DNA of 64,000 nucleotides, from contig CBDCNM010000002.1 of the NCBI GenBank assembly GCA_965219385.1, positions 2,412,936 to 2,476,935 of the forward strand, read 5' to 3'. Positions 49,344 through 58,899 of the stretch are shown piece by piece (the stretch's first letter is position 1; each line of letters starts with the position of its first letter). The stretch comes from Candidatus Latescibacterota bacterium (lineage in GTDB: Bacteria; Latescibacterota; UBA2968; UBA8231). Below the pieces are notes generated by a model. The model worked only from the letters and a program-made list of their open reading frames with translations, had not been told where the DNA came from and made no database searches. The translations under genes and the position numbers were made by a program.

Positions 49344-50060
49344 TCAATAAATGACATCGCCCAGACGTCCATAACGCACCCGTGCCGGCAGACTCCCGAG
49401 GAAACCACCCAACACCCTGGGAAGGGAGGCCAGCCCCGTGAAAGTGGGGGTGCGATACTCCGAGTCCCAGGACCAGTAGATGATCATGGCTTTGCCCTTG
49501 ATCAAAGCCCGGGGCACGGGTCCGAGATCGAGATAGCGGCTGTCGTGGCTGTTGTCCCGGTTGTCTCCCAGCATAAAAAAGTGACCTTCTGGCACCCTGT
49601 AAGGTCCGAAATTATCGCGCAGGGTTCGGATCGCCGGGAAGGACTGAGGATCCATGTACTTCGCCCTAGGAGGATCCTCGAAACGCACGTCGTCGACATA
49701 GAGGACCTTGTCGACGATTTTTATCTCCTGTCCACCCACCGCAACGCAACGCTTGATCAGATCCCGATCCTCATCTTTGGGCGAACGGAAGATCACGATG
49801 TCGCCGGGCTGGGGATCGCGCAGGGCCGGCAGGCGAAACAGGGTTATATTGGTTCCGATGATATCGATCGGGGCCCCGTAGACGAACTTATTGGCCAGTA
49901 GATAATCCCCTACCAGCAGGGTGTCCTCCATGGAGCCGGATGGAATGTAAAACGCCTGAACCACTCCGGTGCGAATCAGCAGGGCCAATCCGACTGCGAT
50001 CAGGATGGAGGAGACGTATTCTTTAACACCTGATTGTTTTGCCTGGCTGTCGTCGCTCAT
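49344..50060 (-). CDS. lepB: Signal peptidase I
   Basis: IPSGSMEDTL, LIKRCVA and GDNRDNSHDSR motifs. Confidence 0.95.
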   Translation of the reverse strand: MSDDSQAKQSGVKEYVSSILIAVGLALLIRTGVVQAFYIPSGSMEDTLLVGDYLLANKFVYGAPIDIIGTNITLFRLPALRDPQPGDIVIFRSPKDEDRDLIKRCVAVGGQEIKIVDKVLYVDDVRFEDPPRAKYMDPQSFPAIRTLRDNFGPYRVPEGHFFMLGDNRDNSHDSRYLDLGPVPRALIKGKAMIIYWSWDSEYRTPTFTGLASLPRVLGGFLGSLPARVRYGRLGDVIY

Positions 50061-50127
50061 AAATCCTTTCCAAACGCACTAAGACGATGTTGATTAGACT
50101 CACGGAAAATAAGCCTCGATTGAGTAT

Positions 50128-50303
50128 CAGTCCTTCACGGAATCGGCGGTCGGCCGTGCGGGGCTTGTGCCTCTGGTGTTTTATGAGGCCCAAGACGCTC
50201 TTGCCCCGCTCCCCCTTCCCGCTGCTACGCCGGCTCGCAAACCCCCACCGCCCTGCCGGCAACACCCCCTCCCGGCTAGTTACGGGTATTTCGTGAAGTA
50301 CTG
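50128..50303. mobile_element. MITE, 176 bp
   Basis: 16-bp terminal IRs CAGTCCTTCACGGAAT / ATTTCGTGAAGTACTG (14/16) flanked by an AGTAT direct repeat (50123-50127, 50304-50308); no ORF. Confidence 0.8.
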
Positions 50304-50407
50304 AGTATTATAATAAACTGACACTCGCTTGTAAATATCGCGGTCTTTATGGGTTTCTTTAACTGACGCTTCAGCAAGCAACGCCCGCGACTACCCCATG
50401 CTCTCCT

Positions 50408-51412
50408 TCAATTTTCGATTTTTTCGACCTCGACTATGGCCCCTGCCCGCCAGGAGCGGATGGCCGCTTCAATGATTTCCTGGACGGCCAGGCCATCGCC
50501 ACCCGCCGCTTCTATCTCTTCGGCATCAGCCCCGGCACTCAGCTGCTCGATCCAGCGATCAATGCGGGAGTTGAAGGTATCCCCGAATCCTCCGAGGCCG
50601 CCCATGATGCTGTTGCGCACCACCGTCAGTTCGTCGGCGCGCCGCGGGAACAAGATCAGCTCTTCAAAACAGTTGTCCAGCACAAAGCGGCCTTCCGTGC
50701 CCATGACCTCACAGCGTTCCAGATTGTGGTGGGGCGCCGCGTCGTAGCTTCCGGTCAAATGCCCCACTACCCCATTCTCGAACTCCATGTTGATCTGCGC
50801 ATTGGACCAGCAGACGCGACCTGGGGCGTGGTTCAAGAAGGCCTGAACCCGCCTTACATCGCCGCAGAAATAGCGCATGATATCAAGGGAGTGCGGGTGC
50901 AGGGCACGCAGGTGAAACCACTCCGAGGTTTCGTTGGGATTATCTATCCACATGGTCATGTTGATCAACAGCAAGTCACCCAACCGCCCCTCGTCGATCC
51001 AGGCCCGCGCCCTGGCCGCCGGCGGTACAAACCGGTGGTTCAGGTTGATGCCGAAACACACGCCCTGTTCGCGGGCTTTGCGCACCATTTCCCGGGCCTG
51101 CACAATATCGTTGGAAATGGGTTTTTCACACAGCACGTGCTTCCCGGCCTCGAAGGCGGCCATGGTGGGGGCGTAGTGATCCCCGCCGTTTTCAAAGCCT
51201 CCGGTGGCTACGCTGACTGCGTCCAACTCCTCGTTTCCGAGCATCTCTTCCAGGTCGTAATAGGCCCTGGCATCATACTTCGATGCGGCCTCATCGGCGC
51301 GTTCTCGTACCAAGTCGCACACCGCCACCAGAGCGGCTTTGGCGCTTGTGTGGTAGACTTCGGCATGGTTGTTGCCAATACCCCGCAGACCAATAACGGC
51401 TACTTTCAGCAT
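50408..51412 (-). CDS. Gfo/Idh/MocA family oxidoreductase
   Basis: VAVIGLRGIG, HVLCEKP and NHRF motifs. Confidence 0.9.
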   Translation of the reverse strand: MLKVAVIGLRGIGNNHAEVYHTSAKAALVAVCDLVRERADEAASKYDARAYYDLEEMLGNEELDAVSVATGGFENGGDHYAPTMAAFEAGKHVLCEKPISNDIVQAREMVRKAREQGVCFGINLNHRFVPPAARARAWIDEGRLGDLLLINMTMWIDNPNETSEWFHLRALHPHSLDIMRYFCGDVRRVQAFLNHAPGRVCWSNAQINMEFENGVVGHLTGSYDAAPHHNLERCEVMGTEGRFVLDNCFEELILFPRRADELTVVRNSIMGGLGGFGDTFNSRIDRWIEQLSAGADAEEIEAAGGDGLAVQEIIEAAIRSWRAGAIVEVEKIEN

Positions 51413-51425
51413 GATTTCTTCTCTA

Positions 51426-52490
51426 TCAGGTTTCGAGTTGTGCGGGCGGATCCACCCCCAGTTTGGTCGCCAGCTCGCCGATCTGCCCCCAGGCGCTCTC
51501 GTCCACGTACAGCCCGTCGCGGTTGCGTTGCTGGTAGATGCGATAGGAATTCTCGCCCGGCAATACCACCTCGTCGAACCCCGCCGCCGGTGGGCTCGAT
51601 TTGACCCAGTCGATAAAGTGATCGGTCTGTTCCCAGAAATCCTCCAGGGGAACAAACGCCGCGATATCGAGCACGCCGATAAACAAGGCGTTACCTATCC
51701 CCGAGGAATCCTTCCCGCTACACCCCGCCCCCGAGAGCGCCCCGGCCAGGATGTCGACCACTACGCTCATTCCAGTTCCCTTGTGCCCGCTCCGCGGAAA
51801 ACCCAGAGGCAGGATAGCCCCCGGAGGCGGTCCGTAAAATGCTTCGACATCCTCTGCCGGATTACCCTGGGCGTCAATGATGAGCCCTGGAGGCATGGAT
51901 TCTCCGCGGTTCTGGTACGCCCGCATAGCCCCTCCCGACGACATACTGGTGGTCATATCCAGCAGGATGGGCCAGGCGCGCGTCGTGGGAATGGCGATAC
52001 ACAGAGGGTTGGTGGGCAAACGCCTCGCCGTGCCCCCGAATGGAGCCACAGCCAAATCGCTGCCATGGCCATTGGCCGCGATCATGGCGATCAGGTTTTG
52101 GCGGGCCGCCAGGGAGGCAAAATGCCCCAGTCGGGCAATGTGACTGCACTCTTGCACGGTCACCACGCCGAAGCCGGCGGCGCGCGCCTTGTCCATGGCC
52201 AGTTCGACCGCCGCCACCGCTGTGACCTGTCCGAAATTGCGCCCACCGCTCACCTGTGCCATAAAGGGCGTCTCCTCCGCAATCTTCAGCCGGGCATGGG
52301 GATTCACCACCCCTTTGCGCACCGCCTCGACGTACTGAGGAAAGCGCAGGACGCTGTGGCTGTCGTGACCCAGCAGCCCGGATTCGACCAGATGGTTGGC
52401 AACCACTTCGGCCACCGGGGCCGGCACATCCACCGCCGCGAACAGATCCACACCCAATCTTTTCAAATCATCAGGGCGAAAAAATGGCAT
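51426..52490 (-). CDS. Ldh_2 (malate/L-lactate/sulfolactate-type) dehydrogenase
   Basis: GHDSH, SHIARLG, TNPL, LDMTTS and GHKGTG motifs. Confidence 0.9.
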   Translation of the reverse strand: MPFFRPDDLKRLGVDLFAAVDVPAPVAEVVANHLVESGLLGHDSHSVLRFPQYVEAVRKGVVNPHARLKIAEETPFMAQVSGGRNFGQVTAVAAVELAMDKARAAGFGVVTVQECSHIARLGHFASLAARQNLIAMIAANGHGSDLAVAPFGGTARRLPTNPLCIAIPTTRAWPILLDMTTSMSSGGAMRAYQNRGESMPPGLIIDAQGNPAEDVEAFYGPPPGAILPLGFPRSGHKGTGMSVVVDILAGALSGAGCSGKDSSGIGNALFIGVLDIAAFVPLEDFWEQTDHFIDWVKSSPPAAGFDEVVLPGENSYRIYQQRNRDGLYVDESAWGQIGELATKLGVDPPAQLET

Positions 52491-52499
52491 GTAGTCTAC

Positions 52500-53711
52500 C
52501 TATAGTGAAAGGTCTGAATGCACGAGCAGCAGGGCATTGCCCACAGGGCGCTCCCCGGTGGGGTCCGAGGGACGGTTGACCACCCGCCGGTCTACTACCA
52601 TGGTGGTGGATCCGCCCCCATCCATGTTGAGGGCCTGATGGGCATTGGCCCGGGCCACGGTGAAATTGTCGAGCTTGTACGCCATGAAATCCGCCAGTTC
52701 CTCCAAACGCATGCCCACACTATAACCCGGCTGGCCACCGTCTACCGTGACCAGAAAGAGGGTTTGCTGGTTCAGGGTGTAGCCGATGGCGGTACGGGAA
52801 CTGCGATCCATGGCAAAACCGTAATCGAGGTGTTCCTGTTCGTACTCGATCGAGATGCCCCCATCGCGGATGATCCGGGGCCCGCCTCCTATTGCTTCCT
52901 GGAGGTTCCGAGTGGCGGACGGCAAGCCCAGGAACAACTGCATGGTATCCCCCGGAGCAATCTTCTCCGCCAAGAGATGGTCTGCCCCCACAGCCACCAA
53001 CCACTGATCCGGGTCGAGTCGCAAAGGCCAGCCCCGGCGACGTACCTGCAGCACCCGGGTGGCGATCGTATCGTTTATAACCAGACGCTCCCCCAGGCCC
53101 TGCAGTTGAAAGCCAAACTCGGCGTGCACCGAATCCTTCCAGTTCTGGGCCAGGTGGTTGTAAAGGATTGGTCCGAGGACAATCGACTTCCGATTGAGTC
53201 CCGCAATAGACAACACCTGACCAGAAGCGCTAATCAATCCCGCCTGGAAGCGGAAGACGGCGATCAGTGGCCGGCCTTCCGCGGTGATGGCAAAGGCCGA
53301 ACGCGCGTGCGGTTCCTGCAACAGAACCCCGTTGCGGACCTGGAGTCCAAGGGGCCTACCTGAGGCGTAGAAAAAATCTCCGTTGATCGCAGCGATGGCC
53401 TCCGCGGCCAGGTTGCTCGTCTTCTCACCTTGCAGATCTGGATCGGATTTGGCCGTGCGCAGGCGGATGCCGGCTTTCCAGGCCGTGGGCAGGTCTATTT
53501 CTATAATGTGGATCGACCAGGGCCCCTTGAGGAGGTAGACCTCGTGGTGGACAACCCCCGCGGCCAGGTTTTCCGATGTTATTGTCGACGAGGTCGGCTG
53601 GCAGGAGATCCACCACCCGACCCCCAGGGACAAACCGATCCCTGGCAGCCAATGATGAGGTCCGATTAATCTGCGCAAAAGGACAAAAAAGAGCGATCTT
53701 CCAGCGGGCAT
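52500..53711 (-). CDS. Phosphodiester glycosidase (NAGPA-like) family protein
   Basis: AINGDFF, GGGP, RTAIG and LNMDGGGST motifs. Confidence 0.88.
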   Translation of the reverse strand: MPAGRSLFFVLLRRLIGPHHWLPGIGLSLGVGWWISCQPTSSTITSENLAAGVVHHEVYLLKGPWSIHIIEIDLPTAWKAGIRLRTAKSDPDLQGEKTSNLAAEAIAAINGDFFYASGRPLGLQVRNGVLLQEPHARSAFAITAEGRPLIAVFRFQAGLISASGQVLSIAGLNRKSIVLGPILYNHLAQNWKDSVHAEFGFQLQGLGERLVINDTIATRVLQVRRRGWPLRLDPDQWLVAVGADHLLAEKIAPGDTMQLFLGLPSATRNLQEAIGGGPRIIRDGGISIEYEQEHLDYGFAMDRSSRTAIGYTLNQQTLFLVTVDGGQPGYSVGMRLEELADFMAYKLDNFTVARANAHQALNMDGGGSTTMVVDRRVVNRPSDPTGERPVGNALLLVHSDLSL

Positions 53712-53909
53712 GGCGGGTTTGTTTTAGCCATTAATTGGCAGAAAAAATTACAATGTAGACAACCACCTGATAGGTGTCAAGCACTGCGCTCCTTCTCCTG
53801 GACTTATCTTTCGGCAGGTGAACCGGCCAGGCGAATTGTCTATATTTATCGCAAATATACGAACCTCTCCGCACGACTGCCGTGGATTTCACCAAGAAAG
53901 GAAAAATAC

Positions 53910-55382
53910 ATGATCGCCCAAGAACACCTCCTCGACGACCAGGCCATGAGCCATTTCATAACCAACGGCTACATCCAGCTCCAGGCCGATCTTCCCGCCG
54001 TTTTCCACCGGGAAATCTACCAGCACCTCGAGACACTCCTTGCGGAAGAGGCCAACCCGGGCAACAACATCTTGCCCCGGATTCCCGCCATCCAGCAGAT
54101 TTTCGAGAACCCGACTATTTGTGGTGCCTTGACCAGTATACTGGGAGCAGGTTATATCATGCACCCGCACCGCTACTGCCACCTCAGGACTCCGGGGAAC
54201 GAGCCCCAGGACTGGCACAAAGACGATTATGTATTCGACCACAACGTGCGCCACCACCGCTTCCGCTGGGTCATGGCCTTCTACTATCCCCAGGACGTGA
54301 CCGTAGATATGGGGCCGACCGGGCTCCTGCCCGGCAGACAATTTTACAATCATGTCTCCGCAATCGACCCGGAACAAACCACCGAACCAGCCCTATCTCT
54401 TTGCGGCAAGGCCGGCACCGTGACCCTTGTCAATTTCGACACCTGGCACCGGGGCATGGCCAATATCAGCGACAAAAAGCGCTATATGTTGAAGTTTCAG
54501 TTTCTCCGTATGCAGGACCCCCGGGAGCCTTGCTGGAACCATGAAAACCCCCGGCTTCAAGCCCTCCCCGCCGCTGCAAACCCGGCCTTGCCCAAAGCGG
54601 TGTGGAACTGGCTTTGCGGAGACGCGGCCTCCTCTGCGCCACATGGAGGTACAACCGGCGAGCTCCCTCCATCCGGGAACGGATCCACAACACAACTTGC
54701 AGCGACCCTGGGCCACGCCGCGGAGGATCTGCGCCTGGATGCGGCTTATGCCCTCGGCACCAGGGGAGAAGCAGCAGTGCCGGCCTTGATCGAAGCACTG
54801 CGCCAGGAAAGCGCAGCCATGGCAGAGCAAAACCTGGAAAAGACCCCGGCGAACGTCCAAGGCGGCAATCCGGCCGACCTCTACTCTGCCCACGCCCTGA
54901 CCGCGGTTGGCGGCCCGGCCGTGCCGGACCTGATCAAAGCCTTGGGCGACGAAAGCGGTTGGGTCCGGGCAACGGCTGCTGATATCCTGGGCAATATCGG
55001 CCCGGACGCCGGCGAAGCAGGTCCGGCCCTGGCGCACGCCTTGGGGGACGACGATGCCTGGGTCCGCCGCAACACCGCCGAGGCACTGGGGTACCTGGGA
55101 TCGGGGGCGGCACAAGCGGCGCCGGCCCTGCAAGAGGCCCTGCAGGACCCGGGCGAGTGGGTGCGGCTCAACTCCGCCCTGGCCCTGGCCCGGATAGGTC
55201 CGCCTGCAAGCCGGGCCGTCCCCGCCTTGCTGCGAACCCTGGACGACCAGAACAGGTACACCCGCTTCTTCGCGGCCACAGCCTTGCAAAAAATAGCCAC
55301 CCCCGAAGCACAGCGCGCTGTGCTGGATTTCCTTTCCACCTCCCGCTGGTGTCCCCTGACCACAAAAGACAGCCCGTATTGA
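53910..55382 (+). CDS. PhyH-family dioxygenase fused to HEAT/PBS-lyase repeats
   Basis: WHKD and WHRG in the N-half; repeated AVPALxxALxDxxxWVR units in the C-half. Confidence 0.88.
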   Translation: MIAQEHLLDDQAMSHFITNGYIQLQADLPAVFHREIYQHLETLLAEEANPGNNILPRIPAIQQIFENPTICGALTSILGAGYIMHPHRYCHLRTPGNEPQDWHKDDYVFDHNVRHHRFRWVMAFYYPQDVTVDMGPTGLLPGRQFYNHVSAIDPEQTTEPALSLCGKAGTVTLVNFDTWHRGMANISDKKRYMLKFQFLRMQDPREPCWNHENPRLQALPAAANPALPKAVWNWLCGDAASSAPHGGTTGELPPSGNGSTTQLAATLGHAAEDLRLDAAYALGTRGEAAVPALIEALRQESAAMAEQNLEKTPANVQGGNPADLYSAHALTAVGGPAVPDLIKALGDESGWVRATAADILGNIGPDAGEAGPALAHALGDDDAWVRRNTAEALGYLGSGAAQAAPALQEALQDPGEWVRLNSALALARIGPPASRAVPALLRTLDDQNRYTRFFAATALQKIATPEAQRAVLDFLSTSRWCPLTTKDSPY

Positions 55383-55468
55383 AAAATCCCGAATCTACTC
55401 ATGGACCTATTTGACCCTGGCGCCGTTTTTGTTTATTCCTCATAAACCTGGTTGAAAGGATCTGAAGC

Positions 55469-56512
55469 ATGGCAAAATCAACCTATCGCGCCGGCATCAT
55501 CGGCCTGGGCTTTATCGGCGGTGCCGACCAGGTTTCCGGCGACGCCCTGGGCCAGTTGGTCAGCGATCTGGATGGCACCCACCTCGAAGCCCTGTCCAAC
55601 CACCCCCGCGTCGCCCTGGTGGCCGGCAGCAGCCGCGATGAGGGTCGCCGCCAGCGCTTTACTGGGCGCACCGGGCTGCCGGCCTACGCCGACTGGCAGG
55701 AACTTATCGAAAAAGGAAACCTCGACATCGTCAGCGTCGCGACCTACGCGCCGGTGCACGCGGAGATCACCGTGGCCTGTGCCCAGGCCGGCATCCGCGC
55801 GATTTATTGCGAAAAGCCGATCGCGACCCGGCTGGCGGACGCCGAGCGCATGGTGGCGGCTTGCGACCAGGCCGGTGCTCTGCTGGTCATCAACCACAAC
55901 CGCCGCTTTCAACTCAACCAGCGCCGCCTGCGCGACCGGATCGCCGCGGGCGACCTGGGCGAGTTGACCTCGGCGGCGGTGCAGTGGAGTTCGGGGCGCC
56001 TGGGCAATGTCGGCACTCACATGTTCGACGCTCTGTGCATGATCACCGGCCGGGAAATCCGCGCTGTCTCGGCCACCCTGGACCTGGCCGGCAAGCCCGA
56101 CTGCCGCGGCCCCGAGTTCAGCGATCCGGGCGGCTGGGGCGTGCTGCGGCTGGACGGCGGACTCATGGCCACGGTGGATGCCATGGATTATGGCAGGGTG
56201 CCGGGGAGCACGGTTGTCAACGGCACCAGTGGTCGCGCCACCATCGACGGCGACGTAGTAACGCTCGAATACTGGGACGGCACCCAGGACCACTGGCCCG
56301 ACCAGAGCCACCAAGGTACCGGCATGGACCGGGCCGTGGCGGAAATCGTCGACGAGCTCGACGACAAGACCCCGTTTCCCTACCCGGGCGTGGAGGGCCT
56401 CCGCACCCTGGAGGTCATCGTCGCCTTCCACGCCTCCCACGCCCGCAACGCGGCGTGGACCGAGTTGCCGCTTACAGGGGCCGACCGCGCTATCGAAGTA
56501 AACAGCGGTTGA
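55469..56512 (+). CDS. Gfo/Idh/MocA family oxidoreductase
   Basis: IIGLGFIG, CEKP, NHNRRF and GTHMFD motifs. Confidence 0.9.
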   Translation: MAKSTYRAGIIGLGFIGGADQVSGDALGQLVSDLDGTHLEALSNHPRVALVAGSSRDEGRRQRFTGRTGLPAYADWQELIEKGNLDIVSVATYAPVHAEITVACAQAGIRAIYCEKPIATRLADAERMVAACDQAGALLVINHNRRFQLNQRRLRDRIAAGDLGELTSAAVQWSSGRLGNVGTHMFDALCMITGREIRAVSATLDLAGKPDCRGPEFSDPGGWGVLRLDGGLMATVDAMDYGRVPGSTVVNGTSGRATIDGDVVTLEYWDGTQDHWPDQSHQGTGMDRAVAEIVDELDDKTPFPYPGVEGLRTLEVIVAFHASHARNAAWTELPLTGADRAIEVNSG

Positions 56513-56534
56513 TTATCTGTCCAGGGAGATCCCC

Positions 56535-57287
56535 ATGCCCAACACCGACCCGAGACTTTTTGCCAGCGAAGGCTACTGCTTTTTCCCCCAGGTCTTGAAC
56601 CTGGAGGAAACCCAGACGATGCGCCAACAACTGGAAGAGGCGACCAGAGCGGGAAAACTGGATCGGTCCGACTATTTCGGCGAACCCCATACCAAGGATC
56701 CGTTCTGGCTGGATTTGTGCCGCCACCCGGGCTTGCTCGACGCGGTTGAATCGGTTCTGGGCCCCAACCTGATCCTGGTCTACTCGAGCATGTTCATCAA
56801 GCCGGCCGACAACCACGAACTCAGGGTGGGCTGGCACCAGGACAACACTTACTGGGCCAGCGTACACGGCACCGACGTGGTTACCTTGTGGCTGGCCATT
56901 GACGATGCCGACGCCGAAAATTCCGCCATGCAGGTAATCCCCGGCTCGCATCGCGGCTACCAAGAACGAGCCACTGTGCCCAGCGGCGAAAACGAAATGC
57001 TGCGCAATAAAATCCAGGTCCTACCCGAGGTGGAAGCCACCGCCGTAACCCTGGAAATGAAAGCGGGCAGCCTGTCGATCCACGATTCGTTCCTCCTGCA
57101 CGGCAGCGGCCGCAATCGCAGCGGCCGGCGACGGGCCGGCTACACCATCCGCTACTGCAGCACCGATACGGCCTGGGTGGCCCCGGACCGGCACCCCATC
57201 CCGGTCTTTCTGGTGCGCGGCGAGTGGGGTCCCCGCGGCCAGGGCTACACTGATTTGCGGCCGGGCATGCCCTGCCCCGAGCTTTGA
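56535..57287 (+). CDS. PhyH family dioxygenase
   Basis: WHQD, VIPGSH and HGSGRNRS motifs. Confidence 0.9.
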   Translation: MPNTDPRLFASEGYCFFPQVLNLEETQTMRQQLEEATRAGKLDRSDYFGEPHTKDPFWLDLCRHPGLLDAVESVLGPNLILVYSSMFIKPADNHELRVGWHQDNTYWASVHGTDVVTLWLAIDDADAENSAMQVIPGSHRGYQERATVPSGENEMLRNKIQVLPEVEATAVTLEMKAGSLSIHDSFLLHGSGRNRSGRRRAGYTIRYCSTDTAWVAPDRHPIPVFLVRGEWGPRGQGYTDLRPGMPCPEL

Positions 57288-57337
57288 TATGGGCAACGAC
57301 CCGAGCACTACTTATCCACCCTACAAAGGAGATTTCC

Positions 57338-58150
57338 ATGAAATATCGCTATGCCGAAATGATCTGGTACGAATGCAAGGAAGCCGCCGAACAGGGCCGG
57401 GTCGCCGTGCTCCCGGTCGCCACCTACGAGGACCACGGCCCGCACCTGCCCATCGACACCGATGTGGTCTTGTGCAACGGCATCTGCGAGCACGCCGTCT
57501 CGCGCATCCCCTCCGAGGCGGTCCTGGCGCCGCCGGTTTCGCACGGGTACAGTCCCCACCACATGGACTTTCACGGCACCCTCACCATCGCCTGGGACAC
57601 CTTCATCAGGTACGTCAAAGACGTGTGTTGCAGCCTTGCCCACCACGGCTTCGAGCGCATCCTCATCGTCAACGGCCACGGCAGCAACACCTCGCCTTTG
57701 GACCTGGCCGCGCGCCTCTCCAACATCGAATACGAAGGCCAGATCCTCTGCGCCTCGGTCAACCACTGGGGGCTGCGCAAAGCCAGAGAGGTCGGCAAAG
57801 CCGTAAGAGATTCCGACTACGGCGGCACCTCGCACGCCGGCGAGTACGAGACCTCCCTCTACCTGGCCCTCAAACCCGACCTGGTGGACATGAGCAAGGC
57901 GGTCGACGAACGCTCGCCGCTGCCGCCCAGTTTCAAGACCGACCTGCTCGCCGGCGGCCACCCCGAAGGCTCGGATGCCCGCCTGATCCCCTATTGGAGT
58001 TCGCAAACCGCCAGCGGCGTAATGGGCGACGCCACCAAAGCCAGCAAGGAAAAGGGCGAAAAATTCCTGGAAGCCGCCACCGAGGGCCTCCTCGAACTGG
58101 TCAGGGAACTGAGGGGCACCCCGGTCCCGCCCCGCCGCGACCAGCATTAG
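57338..58150 (+). CDS. Creatininase family amidohydrolase
   Basis: EDHGPHLPIDTD, NGHGSN and HAGEYETS motifs. Confidence 0.9.
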   Translation: MKYRYAEMIWYECKEAAEQGRVAVLPVATYEDHGPHLPIDTDVVLCNGICEHAVSRIPSEAVLAPPVSHGYSPHHMDFHGTLTIAWDTFIRYVKDVCCSLAHHGFERILIVNGHGSNTSPLDLAARLSNIEYEGQILCASVNHWGLRKAREVGKAVRDSDYGGTSHAGEYETSLYLALKPDLVDMSKAVDERSPLPPSFKTDLLAGGHPEGSDARLIPYWSSQTASGVMGDATKASKEKGEKFLEAATEGLLELVRELRGTPVPPRRDQH

Positions 58151-58191
58151 CGCTGTCTGGAAGGCAATTTGGCCGGAGGATCTGGCCGAGT

Positions 58192-58641
58192 TCAGGAATC
58201 TTCGCCAAGCGCTTCCAGGTCGGCCAGGTCCTTTTTCCTGCCGGTGGCTCGCTTGTTTTTTACGAACTGAGGCCGGCCTATATAATGCACGGGAATGTCG
58301 CCGTATGTACCTGCGATCCTGCCGGAGAGGACTTCATCCCAGGAAACTCCGGTGATGGAGGTTACGATATCCACCCGCACTGGCGGGTAACCCAGTTGTA
58401 TGACCTTGTCCGGATCCGAGAAGTCCTCTGTTTTAAGCTCCAGCGATCCAAAACCAAAATTATCCAGGGAATCCAGAATGTGCTGTGCGTTCTCTGGATC
58501 CGGTCTCACAAGTATATCGATGTCACCAGTGTAGCGCGGCGCTCCATGGAAGGCCAGAGCATAGCCGCCCACGATGGCGTACGCTACCTCATGCTCGTTG
58601 AATAACGCGAGCAGATCTTTGAAGTCTTGCTGAACCTCCAT
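58192..58641 (-). CDS. Nucleotidyltransferase (DUF6036-like)
   Basis: IVGGYALAFHG..RYTGDIDI and NKRATGRKKDLADL motifs. Confidence 0.85.
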   Translation of the reverse strand: MEVQQDFKDLLALFNEHEVAYAIVGGYALAFHGAPRYTGDIDILVRPDPENAQHILDSLDNFGFGSLELKTEDFSDPDKVIQLGYPPVRVDIVTSITGVSWDEVLSGRIAGTYGDIPVHYIGRPQFVKNKRATGRKKDLADLEALGEDS

Positions 58642-58771
58642 GGTGCTGCTTTCTCAGATAATCGACCGCGGCAACCCGTTCTTCCGGTGATTGGCGCAGC
58701 CAGCATTTTAAATCTTCCTCGGTCTGGGAAAATGTCCCCAGGTCGCGTTTTTTGACAACCTTTCGAATCAT
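58589..58771 (-). CDS. Small protein overlapping the nucleotidyltransferase gene (putative partner)
   Basis: 60 aa with WLRQSPEERVAAVDYLR; 53-nt overlap. Confidence 0.6.
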   Translation of the reverse strand: MIRKVVKKRDLGTFSQTEEDLKCWLRQSPEERVAAVDYLRKQHHGGSARLQRSARVIQRA

Positions 58772-58899
58772 GAGACCAAAACCGCCTGTTGGCCTGTTGG
58801 TTTGCTGCGTTCTAATGTACTGGATGGATCAGACCCCGGCCAGTCTTTTCTCCGACCAAGACGGCATTCATCTGAGCGAGAAAAAACAGCCTTGAATAT

